A stretch of DNA of 64,000 nt from Yuukianura sp. NJ FZ-2021 (Eukaryota): NCBI GenBank assembly GCA_046563655.1, contig CM102285.1:12772001-12836000 (forward strand). Reading direction: 5' to 3'. Positions 12,523 to 27,000 of this stretch are shown piece after piece. The notes under the pieces were generated by a model. That model saw only the letters and a list, made by a program, of their open reading frames with translations. It did no database searches and was not told the origin of the DNA. Positions within the stretch are counted from its first letter, which is position 1; each line of letters starts with the position of its first letter. Position numbers and translations under genes: made by a program.

Positions 12523-14228
12523 TTAGGCTACATTAGTTCCACCTTTTTCGGTTCGCCAAGTTCGTCCGAGGTGGGTATTGGCCCATTTTGAATACTCTTC
12601 TGGCCCGAGGCGTTCTTTGTAAACTTGTGGTTGAAGTGGACCAGAAGCAGTTGTGACCTTCTTCCTCCTAAATTCGTCTAATGGACGCCGCCGCGGTGAT
12701 GGACTCACCGCGGCCACCTTGGTACCGTTGCTAATACTTGGCAGTTTCTTTTTAACGGGCTCCTCTTTTTTCGGAGGAGGCTCAAAAGTCGACTGCGGTG
12801 GGGAAGGTGGCGGCGTCGTTTGAGTCGAAATTGAAACTTTACTAATCGGTTCTGGAAGGTCGTCGAGACAAGTCTGACTGGCCATTTCGTTAGTTTGGTA
12901 GTAAGTTGACCCTCCCGAGAAAGATGAAGAAAAACTTGACCTTGACAGTTGACCATTGTTATGGAGGAGGTCAAGTAGGTAGTCTGTTTCCATGTTGAAA
13001 GCAGAGTAAAACTGAGGGTCAGCTTCGTCATCCCATTCTAGTTCCTGGAGAATGTCTGGACAACTACTGTTTCTTGTGATGTGTCCAGGAGCTGATGCTG
13101 GCGGAAATTCAGCGTTACTGTCTTCATGTCCATCAGTCAACACTATTTCTGGAATAGCCGAGAGGACTGGAGTTGATACTGATCGTTCAAGAAAATTCGG
13201 TTTTCTCGGACTGTGGCCTCCCTGATGCTCAAAGTGCTCATGATCCGAATCCGACTCAGAATCACTGCTGACATGCACACTAGTGAGACTGTTCAGTGCG
13301 TCTCTGCGGGAAGCGAGGTTCAGTTTTTGACGAATAAAACCGACCAACTGCTTAACTGGGTGAAACGGCAATGCAAAGAATCCAAGCGAAGTTCCAATGT
13401 CCACCAGCCCTAAAAAATCAAAAAAAAAATACAATTTGTAAAGAAAAACAAGAATTTTGATGTCCTTTTAATTATTAGAAAGTTTGTGAAAGCTTAAAAA
13501 AATATTACTTACAAGTATCCAGTTTTTCTAAAACGACAAACCACGAACACTGGAGAAGCGACAAATTTCCAGTTTGAACGCAGTTGCATAGCTTTTTGAC
13601 TTGAATTTTTTTCATGCTCGCAACTAAGTGTCGAACGTAGGCTTGAAACAATTCTTCTGCTAACCAGTTATCCACATTTTCTTCTATCAACACTGTTACG
13701 AAATTTTCTAAACCCCACATCCTATATAAAAAAAAAGAATTTCATTTCATTAGTTAATTTTAATAAATTTTCTTAATTTTAACCAATCGCTGATTGAGAT
13801 TCGCTAGAAAGCACCAATGAAATCACTTTTGCACAAAATTAATTTGGTGGAACTCCTGGTTTGTGAATCTACAATTTTAGGTTAGTTTTGGCAACATACT
13901 TTTGGAGAAATTTCAAACTGCGTTAAACTTGGACATTTTTTCATTTTCTCTATTTTTTTTTCAAAAAGTTTTCGATTTTCAAATTTTTGTGTAGTAAAAC
14001 TTACCTCAATTTCAAAATTTCCACCAATCCAGCCATTTTGTCCTTCTCGGAAGCATAACTTCGCAGAACTTTGTGTTCTCTTCGTTTCAAAACTTTTCTG
14101 TGAATTAATTTTCTAGAAATTTTTTCATAGCGAACGATTGCCACAATTTGTGGTCCGTAAATTTCAAAAATTTCACCCGCTTTGGCCAAATAGGCTCTAA
14201 ATAGATGCGGACAAAGTTTAGCAGTCAT
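12523..14228 (-). CDS. Uncharacterised 3-exon protein, about 439 aa, Ser/Pro-rich disordered C-terminal part
   Basis: Exons 14228-14005, 13721-13513, 13409-12523 join in phase (1320 nt) with GTAAGT donors and pyrimidine-rich acceptors; no family recognised. Confidence 0.7.
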
Positions 14229-15981
14229 TGTGTTCTTGTTTGAACACAATGAAATGGTAATACTGTAGGTGTTTGTTTCAAAATTTGCAAACTTTTATCA
14301 CTTTCTTTTTAGTTTAGCATGTACAGCTGTAGTAGTTGGAATGTAACTAATCGAGAGTAGAGACTCCACAAAGTACGTTTTGAACTGTGAATAATTTGGG
14401 TGTTCATTAGCTAATCAGTCAATTACAGCCTGATAAACTCCTCAACGTCCAGAGATCTCTGTTCTCTGACCAAAGTACAAATTCAGTTGGGAGTTTGACG
14501 CATCACTTCACTTGGATACAACCTATGGTGGGCTTCACCTAATGAAAACGAAAACAAGGTTTAAAGCCTCTATTGATACGCGAATTATAGGCTACACGGA
14601 TAGATAATGCTTGCAAAAAGTCTAAAATTCCTAATAACTACTGTGCTTATCCTCCTCATTGTTAGCTTCCCATCATCATCCAAAAGACTTGTGTGCCAAA
14701 TTGTGCCAAAAAACAGGTTTGCATGTCCTTGGACCCACATCTTCCGTCTTCGTTTTATCAAATCTCTTCACTCTAACAAATGACAACTTCTATTTTTACA
14801 AAATCTTGGTAAGATTTATATCAACTGTATGATTAATGCTAAATTTTGAAACTAAAAAAAACTTCACACGCAAAAAAAGTTTTGCTTTTAGCCCCTTAAT
14901 GATCAAGAGCCATGATGTAAAAAAACAACAACTGAAATGTGAAGATGAAATGAAGAACTGCCCTTTTTTTGGAAAGAGTTTCAATTTTCATTGTTTTTAA
15001 ACATAATTTTGAAGTTTACTTTAAACAAGCGAGCTCGGTGGTTAGTACCTTAATCAAATAAAAACAAAATGCCTTCATCCATTGTACTAACATTGAAAAA
15101 TGAACTTGTTCTTAACAACCTGAAAAACGCCTCTTTGTAAAACTTTCTCAACAAATTACTTTCTCTGCTTTGTTTTCTTATTTTTAAATCAACAACACAA
15201 GCTCTGGAGAAAGCACTGCCCCTACTTTCTCCCATCATTACTTTGCTTGTGCTTTTTTTTTTAAAAATGTGGTGTATAACAATCTCATTTTTAAAAAATA
15301 CAAAATAAAGTTCGACATTGTTTTCTTCTGCCTTTCTCCAGCCTGTTTCCCCTCAAATGCAAATTCAATGGTGGGCAATCCTTCTTTATTCTTATGTCTT
15401 CAAAGGGAATAGAAAGGCCTTTTCCTTGCCAAAAAAGAAGAGCTCTGGAAACTGACAAAGTTTTTCTTGTGCTTTCTCTCTCTTTCGTCTTGATTCATCT
15501 TCATTTACGTTGAGTCTTACGCACTGAAGATCCATCTTGTTGGAATTACAATATGGACTCTGGCGTAAAGAATCTTCCAGGGACTTGGGCATTCTCTCCC
15601 CTCCTCTCCTACAAGGACAATTTAATGGAGGATCCCTTAATGGAAGAATAGAAGTTCCAGAACCCACAGAGGAATAAAAAGGCTAGGAGGAGCCAAAAAT
15701 GGAAATTTAGTTCTATTCTACTTCAACATAGTCCATTTAATCACGTTATAATTGCATTTAAGAGCCTCTTCTAAGCATCTTCCTTTCACTTTCAAAACCC
15801 AAGTGCAAACTGTTTGGAAAATTAAGATTTCAGAGGTCCTAAAACCATTGAATTCAAATCCGAAATTAAAGTTATGTTCATTTTGAAACTGGAACTCAGA
15901 AAACTGAAATTCTGAGAAAAGAGAAGTGAAGGAGAAATCAAATCGGTTTTTGAAAGCTCCAACTTCTTCTGATGTTTTTAT

Positions 15982-17130
15982 TAAGTATCGTCAGATACTT
16001 ATAGGGATCGTAATGTCCGTCTGTCCGTCTGTCTGTCCGTCTGTCTGTCCGTCTGTCCGTCTGTCCGGCTGTATACTAGCCACAATATCTCTGGAAACAC
16101 TGGACCGATTTTCAATCTGTCTTCACAGATGAACTTCACATGGTCCAGGGGTGAACAAGTTGTTTCCGGTTTGACCGGAAGTGGCCAACTTCCGGGTCAA
16201 AGGTCAAGGCCAAGTACATTTTCGACGGAATTTGGACATATGGCCTCTGCAAAAGTTGTTCATTTCAATGAGAGGAACAACTTTGCTGTAGGTGACCTTG
16301 ACCTTTGACCTACGGTTCTAGAGATATAGACGCTAAAAGTTGCAAAATGGCGTCGCTTATACTACGTGCGTCTATAACTATGGAACCACTGAACCGATTT
16401 TCAATCTGTCTTCTCAGATGACCTTCACATGGTACAGGTGTGACTAATCGGTTTCTGGTTTGACCAAAACAGGAAGTGGCCAAATTCCGGGTCAAAGGTC
16501 AAGGTCAAGTACATTTTAAAGTATCGTCAGATACTTATAGGTATCGTATTGTCCGTCCGTCTGTCTGTCTGTCCGTCCGTAATGCTTATAACTCGATAAC
16601 CACTGCATTGATTTCTAAGCAGTTTTTTTTAATTAGTAACTACTAACCAGGTGACTAAAAATCAGTTTCTGGATTCATCTCAAGTGACCTCTATCGGTGT
16701 CAAAGGTCAATGTTATGCTCCATTTATATTACGCAAACGGAAGGGGTTTGCGGAAATCCAACTTTGATGACCTTGAGTCACCTCTAACTTGGTCAAATGT
16801 TAAAGTCATTTTTTGTTGTACAAGGTGGGAAACGGATAGAGGATAGACCGATTTGGACGGGGTTTACGGGGATCCGATTTTGATCACTTCGAGTGACCTC
16901 TAACAGGGTCAAGGCTCAAGGTCCTCCTTTTCTCTTTAATTCGGAAAAAGATTTGGAAGTGGTTTCCAAGCATCGTTGTTTGACGACGCGAGGACTAAAG
17001 TTCCTGTTTGACCTCAACTGACCTCCAACAATACCAGAGATCTGATCTAGGTCAACAATATCCCGCGCGGGAACGCTCTATAATTGATCTGACGATACTT
17101 ATTTACATCGTCTTTGCAAGAAGTTTATTT
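15982..17130 (+). mobile_element. Non-autonomous DINE-1/HINE (Helentron-associated) like element, compound with two 5' ends
   Basis: Hairpin-forming subterminal motif AAGTATCgtcaGATACTT at 15983 and again at 16519, each followed by a GTCY microsatellite; inverted copy ATCTGACGATACTT at 17087-17100; internal ~130-bp direct repeats (about 16090-16221 and 16379-16517); T-rich flanks. Right boundary approximate. Confidence 0.8.
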
Positions 17131-17654
17131 TCCTAGAAAAACAGGATTATGTCAAACAATATGTTTTGTCCAGGAGTGTAGTGAAGCAACTACGACCAGA
17201 AACTGTGACTTTGGCAAAATCCAATTTCAATTTTGCAAAGTTTTTGGAAACTAAAACTAATGCTGGATTTGACAGAAGAGGAAATTTTCCGTTTAAATTT
17301 CATGCTGAGCTGACTTACCTTTAATTTAAGTTAACCTGAAACCCAAAACTTTTGTGCTTCGCTGATTTCCAAATGAATTTCGAAACTAATTCTTCCAGAA
17401 GAGTTTAACAACTTTCTAAACCAACAGCTACACTATGTTCATTCTCAGACACAAAACCAAGCCGACGTTGTCACAACTTTGGTTTAAATAAAGCCCAACT
17501 TCTCCAAACTATTGGCAAAATCGAGCTCGCGAATACTTATATCTGTATTGCATATCAAAACCATAATCAAACCGGTACTTCAATCGCTTTACAATACGAA
17601 TCACACCAACGAAATTTCACCATAAAGCCAAAAAAAAAAAATTCTCTAAAAAAA

Positions 17655-17853
17655 TTAGCTTTCTCCGGCTTTCTCCTCGAAAAGGTTTTTCTTTTATTTC
17701 ATAAAATTCCAACAACAAACTTAGCTTTCTCCAAATCTTTTGAAGATTTTGTTTTTACTTTTATAAAATTGACAGAAAAAGTTGACTTTCTCCAAATCTT
17801 TTGAAGGTTTGTTCTTATTTTTATAAAATTGTCAGAAAAACTTTACTTTCTCC
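17655..17853. repeat. Degenerate tandem repeat, ~60-bp unit, 3-4 copies
   Basis: Recurring ctttctccaaatcttttgaag...ttttataaaattg.cagaaaaa units. Confidence 0.75.
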
Positions 17854-20800
17854 AAGTTTTTTTTTCACGTTTTCCTCCTTGTTTGTTTTCTACTTTTATT
17901 TCAAAACTAACCGCGATCTAATGATCTTACTTTCACCGTGGGTTTGACTTCTCTACTTTCTCTTCTGTAGTTTACATTGTGTTTTGGTGTGATTTTAGAG
18001 GTTGGAAATGTGACCATTTCAACTGGATCTCTGCGTGGTCCTTTATTACCACAACCTATTACACTTTCTTCTATTATTAGAGGAGAAGTAAACAGGCGGT
18101 TTGTAGAGATGAGATAGCAGTAGAACGACAACAGTTGATGATGAGATCTCCAGGAAGCGTAGCTTTCACTTCTACGATCCCTTCAACCACAATCCCTATT
18201 TATTTCCACGACTCCAATTTCGTCTCTTTTTGAGTCCAAATACAAAGAGCGACCGAAGTGGAAGGACCAAGGACTGGCGTCTACTGAAGGAAAGTGGGTT
18301 TTTGAGCCCTGTAAAACCAGCGGGAGACTTAACTTTGTTTTAACGATATTATTAGAGACCCTTAAGTCACGCCAAGCAGAGAGACCCACTTTCGGCTCTT
18401 AATCCCACCTTTTAGACACGCTTTGTTCTTTGTTCAAGGCGAAAGCAGCAGAAACTGCGAGGATTTTGTTCAGTCAACTACTGTAACGATTGTTAGCTAA
18501 AGTAAAAGCGCCAGAAAGAGTCCAATTTCAATTAATTTCAGAATCCATTGAATCGAAACTACCAAACTCTGCTCTAGAAAAAAATCTGTGCAGCTTTTTG
18601 GACAAAATGAACCAAAAAAGGTCAAAACTGAAGAAAATTGAGGATGTTTTACTCTTAAATTTTGAAACTTTGAAGCTCCCACACAAGTGAAGGCCTAAAT
18701 TAAATATTTAGCAGTCAAGCTGACTCGAGCTGCTAAACGGAGAAGTGTTTCAAACAATGTTAAGTGACCCTGATGAAACTTTGATGAAAAAAGAGAGGTC
18801 AAAGGTCACCGGTTAGCCGTCTTAAATACTTCGACTGGTGCCGAAAAACTATGTTTTTTTAAGAGAAAGTTTCAAGAGTTGGTTCAGTTTGAAGAAGTTT
18901 GGGTTCCATCAGTCTTTGTTTTCTTTGCTCTAGAAAAAGTTTGACAGTGAAAGACAAGGAAAGTATCACTTTCACCAGCCATCAACCTCCGCTGCCCCGT
19001 CTTTTGATTCGCCCACGTAAAAAGTTTTGGACTATCCTGTCTCCCGTGTAAGTCCTTCCTGCAGTTCTGTAGATCATCGGACAGTGTACTGGAGCATGCT
19101 GGATGCTGCTACATGTCTGGGTATACTTGTCCAGAATTCCCACGTAGAAAAGCTGCTTCGACCAGGGAACACTTCCGCACTTTCTCACTTGAGGATAGGA
19201 TCAATATGACCCTGACTTTCATCCGTGAAAAAGCAGAAAATGCTGCAGAAGACTTTCTGAGTCCCACCTTTCCCCGATTTCTTTCTAAAACTTGCAAATT
19301 CTTTGAAACTTTTAAAAGTTACGGTTCCTCTTCATGTCAATCATTTTTCAAAAGGGATGAGATACTAATGAGGGAATGGATATCAAAATCTTGACATGAA
19401 TGGCAATTTGTCAGCTCAAAATTGAAATTTTGAAGGCAGCTCATTTATGAAACACGGTTTTAGTTTTGTGTTGGGCTTTTAGGATTAAAGGTCTCCAGAC
19501 CTTGCTTAAGATTTTGTGTGGTTTCAAATTTTGCTTTTCTTTGAACTTTCTTAGAGCCAAAAACGAAAGAGGCACGAAAGTGGCTTATGATTGCGACTTT
19601 TAAGGAGAGAAAGTGAGTGCTAAAGACTTTTCTTTAGTAAATCATTATTATGGTCATAAAATCTGGAATTGTGGGGGGTTGAAACTTAAAATGTGTGGGG
19701 CATAGGAAGTTAATGTTTGGAAATTAAAAAATGAAACACAAGGAAGAAGGGAGAAGTGAGACCCCCTACCAGATATGAGAACTGGAAATGATGCGAAAAA
19801 GGACACACGCAGGAACCTTCTTTTTGACAAAGTAAAAAAAGACATAGAAAGTGTCTAATCATCTCTTCCTTTCCAAAGGTCGCATGTTTTGTACCAAAAG
19901 AAGGAAAAGTGTAAAAAATGGAACATTGGAATTAGAAATGTTATACGAAGTAGTACGGCTTATACGCAACATAGTAGTACTCAGCTACAGAGAAAGCAAG
20001 AAATAGAAAGCAAGAAACCTTTACCTGATAGAAAGAAAGAAACCTTTCTCGTAAAAAAAATTGCAAAAAAGAGTGTGGTAACGTTTTCGTTTCTTTTCTT
20101 TTGAAATTCCTTTGTTTTACTTTAGAACAGAGAAAATGGGGAAGGGTGAAAGTTTCTTCAAAACATTTTCCAAGCTCGTATTGAAACTCTTGTCTTTGAT
20201 GATTTTGAAAATTGAAATTTCGAAATCTTGTACATGTCACCAAAACTGTTTTTGTTCTAAGTTCACATAAATTTTCTGGTGTAGGTTTGGAAATTTAAGA
20301 AGAGCTTGTTTTAAGTTAAAGTGCATTCCAAAAGCTTCAGAGAAATGTTAATTTGAGATTGAGTTACTTAAAAGTTTAATTAATTTAGGAAACTATTAAG
20401 ATTTGTTGTACTAATAAGCAAGTTAATGTACTTTGAGAGACAATAATTCGAGGTGTAAATCTTGTTGATGAAGATTAGTCGTCCATTTGCGGTTCATCGC
20501 ACAAGAGAAAGCGAACGGAAGAGTGAAAACCCAGGAAAAATTAATGTTTTTTTTTTTGAAAATTTGAAAACAAAATGTTAAAAATACCACAGAACTTCAA
20601 AAATTTAAACACACAGAAATGACAGAAAAAGGATTTCCTTTTTTTTGAAACTGAAAACTAAATTGCTTTCCTCCATTTCCTATTGAATGACTTTCCAATT
20701 TTTTGCGAAGAGATGACCCACATAAAAAGAATTTTTCAGTGAAACTATCTGCACCGGGAATTTTGGAATTCTGCGAAGGAAGACTTTCCTTTTTTTCAAA

Positions 20801-21061
20801 ATTCTTCAAAGTAAACTGAAGTTATGACTTACAAGGGGAAACGGAGAAAGCAATAGAAAATTTATGGGGAACTGCACTTGAGGTATGCTTTCACTTTCAC
20901 TTTTTTGAGAAAAAGTTAAATTTCTGGTTCAACTTTACGTGCATTTTTTTACCACTCTGACAGTGATTTGAGTTCACTTGACAGGATGTGACCAAAAGAC
21001 AGATTTTTTATTCTTCATCACAATATAATTGAACGTAGCTTCTTATATAGATTTTCATGTC

Positions 21062-24000
21062 TCAACGTAGTAGTACAAGTAGAAAAATAAGAACTGCTGC
21101 TTCCAAGAAGATGTTTTTGCTGAAGATTGAAAGTGACAGGATGGATGTACGTAGAGTAGTAGCACTGTTATGGTACAGCTCTGCTGGATTCTCACCTGTC
21201 AAGGGAAATCAACAAAGAAATCATATTTACCAAGAAAACACCGATATCCCCCAACAACTTCCTTTCCAGAGGAGTGTCTATATCAAAAAATGGACTCTGA
21301 GAAGTTCTGGAAAGGCCTGTGTTCAATTCAACTTTTCGGAAAACTCCGAACTCCAGAATCCATTGGACTCACAATTCCATTTTCACTTTTTATTGCATTA
21401 GTCTCTGTCTTTTTCGAAAAACTTTCTACCTAGTTTTTGAAAAGTGAAAGTGACAATAGAGGTTAGTTCTTACATTGTAGGCCAAGGCCTAACCTAACGT
21501 AAAGTGAAAGTCCCAATTTCATTAAGTTTCCTTTGTTTTCTGGTTTTTGAAGAAGGTGAGAAACTCACTTTTACTACTCCTTGTTTCATTAAATTCCGCC
21601 TCACGCTAACAAAAATTTCACCTAAAGAAACGACTAACACTGCGGAGTTCAGGATTAGGTTAGTCAAACTAATTAAAGCTACCTTTAGGCTTCTCAAAGC
21701 AAGTTCAACCTAGGTTAGAGAAATTGTTAACATAGTCTACATAGCTCAGTTTCAGTCTTAGTGTCTTTGGTAAGAAAACAATGCTGGAGAAAAGTCCAAA
21801 GTTTCTGTTTTTTTAAAACTCAAACACGAACTTGTTGACAGTAGAAGGGAAAAGTTTGTCACGTTTTGTCATGCCTGTTGAGAAAGTTTATTATGGCATG
21901 TGATGCAGTCGTTGGTGGAGCTAGAACTACTTGGAAGCTTACAACTTAAGTAATACTTCACAGAAAAAGTTAGTGTTAAGTTGTATGCTCTTAGGCTTTA
22001 ACTCCAGGAAACTCAACACTGATGCCTCAAAAACCTTGGAATTTCTGGACTAGTGTGAACCGTGTCACAAAAAAAGTTAAGTAGGTCACCCAAGAGCCAA
22101 AATATTGTCATCTGAAGTAGCAGCACTGATGCTGCTAAGTGGTTTCACACCATCGGCTCAAGTGACACGACAAACCGTCCCCTCGGGGAAACTTAAAAAT
22201 GACTTTTTAAAAAAGAGACGTGTCTATTTTTTGAAAAAGTGGCTTACCGTTGTTCAGAACATGAACTGTGATGGATGCATTGAGAGGTGGAGCTGAGCAG
22301 AGATATGTTCCACCGTCATTTCTTTTGACCTGGGCAACATTGAGACGACTCATGGCATGGTCCGTGGTCATGTCGGTTTTGATACTTACTCCACCGCGAC
22401 TCACATCGTGATTGAGCAAGTCTTTATTACGAAACCAATTCACGGACTTGGACTTGAGGTTGTTGACTAGTAGTAAAAAAACGGAAGTTGAGGAGGTGAA
22501 AAGACCCGGAAAAATCAAAAGAAAAGTGTCAGAATTAGATTTTTCTCTTTCTGGTCCAACATAGTTTCTTTTTCGTTTTCAAAGACAAATAAGAACACAA
22601 GGGAAAAAAGAGAGGAAAAGACGCGTCCTCCATTATACATGACCTCTCTACTTCCACGCACGCATTGTTACAGATTGGAACGTAGAACATAGAACAGTTA
22701 AGCCTAACGTGTAACCTAACCTAGACGTTAGAGTAACCCGCAGCTTGTGCTTTAGTGGCTTCCTGGATGGCTGGAACTGGATCCGCCTCCATGATCCTTG
22801 ACTTTCCCACTTACTCAATGTTTGTGGTTCAATGACACCCGGGGAGGCGGTTGCACTTTCACATCTTTCCAACATGCTTTCACCCGCAGCCCAAGAGCCG
22901 CTGGAACAATATTAACTTTCTCGTTGTTTTTTTGAAAAAAAATTTAACTGAAAAAATTTAATAAAAACTGAAATTTTATCCATTATTGTGGGATTTGAAA
23001 ATGCTCCCAGCGTAGGCGAACGCGTTTTCTCAACTTTCACTCCGAACCTCCAACGGAACAAATTTTTTAGCTTTCACTTCGAAATTTCAGTTCAAAGGAT
23101 TTCATCAACTTTCTCCACAAAATAATGTTGGATTTTTTTTTAAATTCTCATTCTTGGATTTTAAATAATTTCAAATTTGTTTAAACTTTCACTCCGAATT
23201 TTTACATTGAGTCGATTTTTGTAGTTTTCACTTGAAAGTAACACAAAATTAGAGTTGTTGAGTGAAAAGTGAAAGTTGCAAAATTTTGTTCTAATTGCAA
23301 TTAGGTAATTGAGACGTAAAGAGTTATGTCGGAACAAAGCAATAATGTGTGTAGTAATCTGGAGTAATGAAAGTTAACTTTTGTCACCCTGTTTAAGATT
23401 CTGGGCCGTAACGCTTTCGTCTTATGTAAATATGAGAATACAATGCCCTAAGTGCCCCATTTGGTAAGAGTTTGTGACTTAAATGAAATTTTACTTTCAC
23501 TCCTGGGAATTCATTAACATTTATTTGCGGACTTTAACTTGGGGCTAAATGGGTTAAGTGTCACATCCCAAGTCTTCACAGGGATCTTCATTTGTTAGAG
23601 TCTTTTAGCAAAGAGACTTAAGGTGGAGGTACCCTTCAAGGGTACCTAAATACCCCACTAATACTTTCCCTGAAACCATTTGCTGAAAATTAAGGAGTTG
23701 CAAATACCTTTCACCAGTCTACGAGATATAACTTTATGGCCTAGAAGATAATAAATCTCCTGACGAACAGGAGCCTTTATTTTCTCATCAGCAAATACCT
23801 TGAGGAAAATCTCCTATTTAAAAACTAATTAACTTGGAAAGTCGCCCTTGTGTAAATTTTTTTTTCAGAATTTCATTAAAATGAAAATATAAAATTTTAA
23901 TTGTATTTTTTATTGACTTACCTGAGCATGTCAAATTTAATGTAGATCCTTCTTTGTAATGAATTTCACTGATCATCTCTCCTCTGGCATTGGCAATGAA

Positions 24001-27000
24001 AACTTCCGGAGCTGAAATTTCAAGTTTTCATGAAGTTGCAAATTTTCTAAATAATTTTCGGAAATTTCAAATTTTGAAAACATCTTTTCTACTTCCGCCA
24101 AACAATGCTAATCTGGCGACTTTGGAAACACTTTTCGCTCCGATTCGAAACATCTTTTTCCAAACGATGCAAAACTTGATCATTTCAATCTCAAACTTTT
24201 TTGATTTAACTTTTTGTTAAAAATTTTGAATACAATTGGAACTTTCGATTATGATTATGATCATAAGTTGAAAAGCAGTTTTGGAAATTTCTTAAAAGGA
24301 GTTAGTACGTGTGAAATTGGAACATGTTTTGCACTGAAATTGTTCTGGAAAGTAATTGGTAATTCTAGAACCTTCCTTTCCTTTCTTAGCCCGTAATGAG
24401 CCAAGAATTGAAATGAAATGTTACGATTATTGTTAAAGTTTTCACAAAACCAGAATCTGACCAACCAAAATGTCCCATTGGGTGCGGCGTGAAAACGGCA
24501 TGGCTCCAAGCCAGTTTGGATTCCACAGAGAACGACTTTCTCCTCTGCTTTCTATATAAAATAGATAGCTTTTCCCAATCTAAGGTCACTTTTTTTCGAT
24601 TCAACTTTCCAAAAAAGTGGCTCTTTTAGAAAAAAAAAGTAGTGGACGGAGGGGGTTGATTTAGGAGAAAGTCGGGGCTTTACAAAAAGACTTTTAGAAG
24701 GAGGTCTCTATTAGTTAGTAGAGTCTTCCGAACTAAAACCAACGATCCATCTAGTTACTCTACTGATAGCTTGTAAAGGAGAAAGTACAGAAAGAGAAAG
24801 TTTACGAACCTTCTACGGCCAGTTGGACAGTGAGTACTTTTGGAGGATGTGTTGAGATTTGGCAGAGGTACGTGCCGGAGTCATTTCTTGAAGCATTTCG
24901 AATGGCGAGTCTCCAATTGTTAGGGTATTTAAAGTCAGAAGAGATTCTCGGGTCAGAGCTATGATTAGTTGTCCCCAATGTCAGCAAATCCAGTTGGTCT
25001 GATTTACGACGAACCCATGACACCTTGGGAGGAACACCAAAAAGAAGAAGAAAAAGTTAGACTGAAAAAAATATGGCAGAAGGAAGACATAAAAATGTTG
25101 CCAGGAACGAAACCATAACTCTCCCTACGCTCCAAAACCCGCTTTCTTTCAAATCACATCTTTTCAAAACAACACTTTCTTCCGGCCCACCACTTTTTGG
25201 CTTAAGTTTGACTTTCACCAGCTACATTTCTGGCTGAGCTGCTCTCTAGTGTTGGACCTAGCTAGGTCTAACTCGGCTCGACTTATGTCGCAAGCTCGCT
25301 TTCTCCTGATTTGCAATTCAATTCATTTTTGGCCATTACATTTAGTCAAATGACCTGTCCTTTCTTATGTTTTCTCCTTTCAGGAAGATGGAAATTGGGA
25401 CGCGCCTGGAAGTGCTTTCACTTTCCTTCCAAGTGGACCATATGCAAATTATTGTTTTTTTCCCGCGCTTTCTAGACAAAAGTGAAACGTTACAGAAGAA
25501 GGCCGTCAACCAATTTGAGTTATGCCTTTGGCTCGTGCTTTAAACTGAACCAAAGGAGCTTTGACTTACGAAGGCAATTTGTCCGCTGGGAAAATTTTGG
25601 ACTACTGCTGGCTCAAAATCAGGACCATTCATCAATAGGCGCTTCACTTTTTTAGACTCTGCGAAAGCCTAGAAGCTAGACGTTTAGACGCTAGAAGCCT
25701 TTAGAGAGAAGCAACATGCTTCGAATTTCGCATACTTCATTTAGCTTCCGCTTCCTCCGTTCCTAATCTAAAGTAATAAATCATTCTTCGTTCGTGTTAG
25801 TTTTTGAGCGCTGCGGGACGTGAAATTGACGTTTAGGTTAGGTTTTTTCTACGGTTAGTTTCAAAGACTTTCTCACCTTTCGACTTGTAATTTGTGTCGA
25901 AAGTTGGACAACCCTGTGGGACTTTTGTCCGCCAATTTCAAAAGAAAGCAAGCGTCTCAGCTGTGGTGATCTTTGAACATTTTGGAGAAAAAGGACTCGA
26001 GAGAGTGAAAGTTTGGTGGGAAAGGAATTAAAGCCAGGAAAAAACGACAAGAACGGAAAATAATTTTTTAGAACACAGAGACCAGATGGGGAACTAAAAC
26101 TATCTGAAAAAGTGAAAACTTTGAAAGACTCTCCTGAGAAAACCAAATATTGGACCAGAGAAACCTAACTTAAACCTAACCTTTACCTAACGATGTTCAA
26201 ATAACTTCCTAACCTCTTTCTTCTTCTTTCTTTAACATTTGTATTCCCTGTGCTCTCATTGAGAAGCTTTTCAGTTCCATTTTCTCGTTTTTGACTTTTA
26301 CTTTCACCGTTTTTAGAAAAAGGCGGGAGAAAAGTGACGGAGCGCAGTTTTGGGCTAGAAAACTTTGGTTAAATGCCTTCATGACCCGTTAACATAAAAG
26401 TCTACTGCGGACACTAACCTTTGGTGTAACCTTAACGTAACCTAATGTAACTAGATCATTTTTCTATAGAAAAGTACAGAAAATTTTACCATTTTGTCTT
26501 CAATAAGTCCCACTCTGCAGTCGAGCCAAGTACTTTGACCTTCCCTAACTGTTATATTGACTGGATTCTCTTCAAAATGTGGCCCCCACGGATGATTATG
26601 GTGATGATGTCTAGTAGAGGGAAGGAGAAGAATTTTGAGTCACAGAATTTTTTAAGTCATATTTTTACAAATACTGAAAAAGTAACTGAAAAAGAAAGTT
26701 TTCGAGTCTGACAAAATTTGGAATTAAGAAAGTTGGTGAGAGTGCAGCAATACGACAAAAAAAAAACGGCAAAAGTGAAAGTGGTGAAAGTAAACTTTGT
26801 TCTCATATTTCCTGGATTATTAGGACAGGAAAGTACACATTGTAAAAACATAAACTTCAACAGTTCCTTACTACAAACGTACAAAACTTAAAAAAACGAC
26901 TCTTTTTTTTATATCTTTAGGTTTGTTCTTCGAAAACAAATTCTATAACGTTTTCTAAAACTATTTTTGAAAACATAAAATCATTTGTTCAAAATTAAAA

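Noticed and set aside
13784..13868. Apparent extra exon in the orphan gene intron
   Set aside because: Stops in all three frames; flanking exons already join in phase without it.
22384..22389. Perfect GTAAGT donor inside a dpr exon
   Set aside because: It encodes the conserved RGGVS motif; using it would frameshift the last exon.
26161..26215. CCTAA/AACCT-rich patch resembling arthropod TTAGG telomeric repeats
   Set aside because: Scattered degenerate pentamers, not a tandem array.
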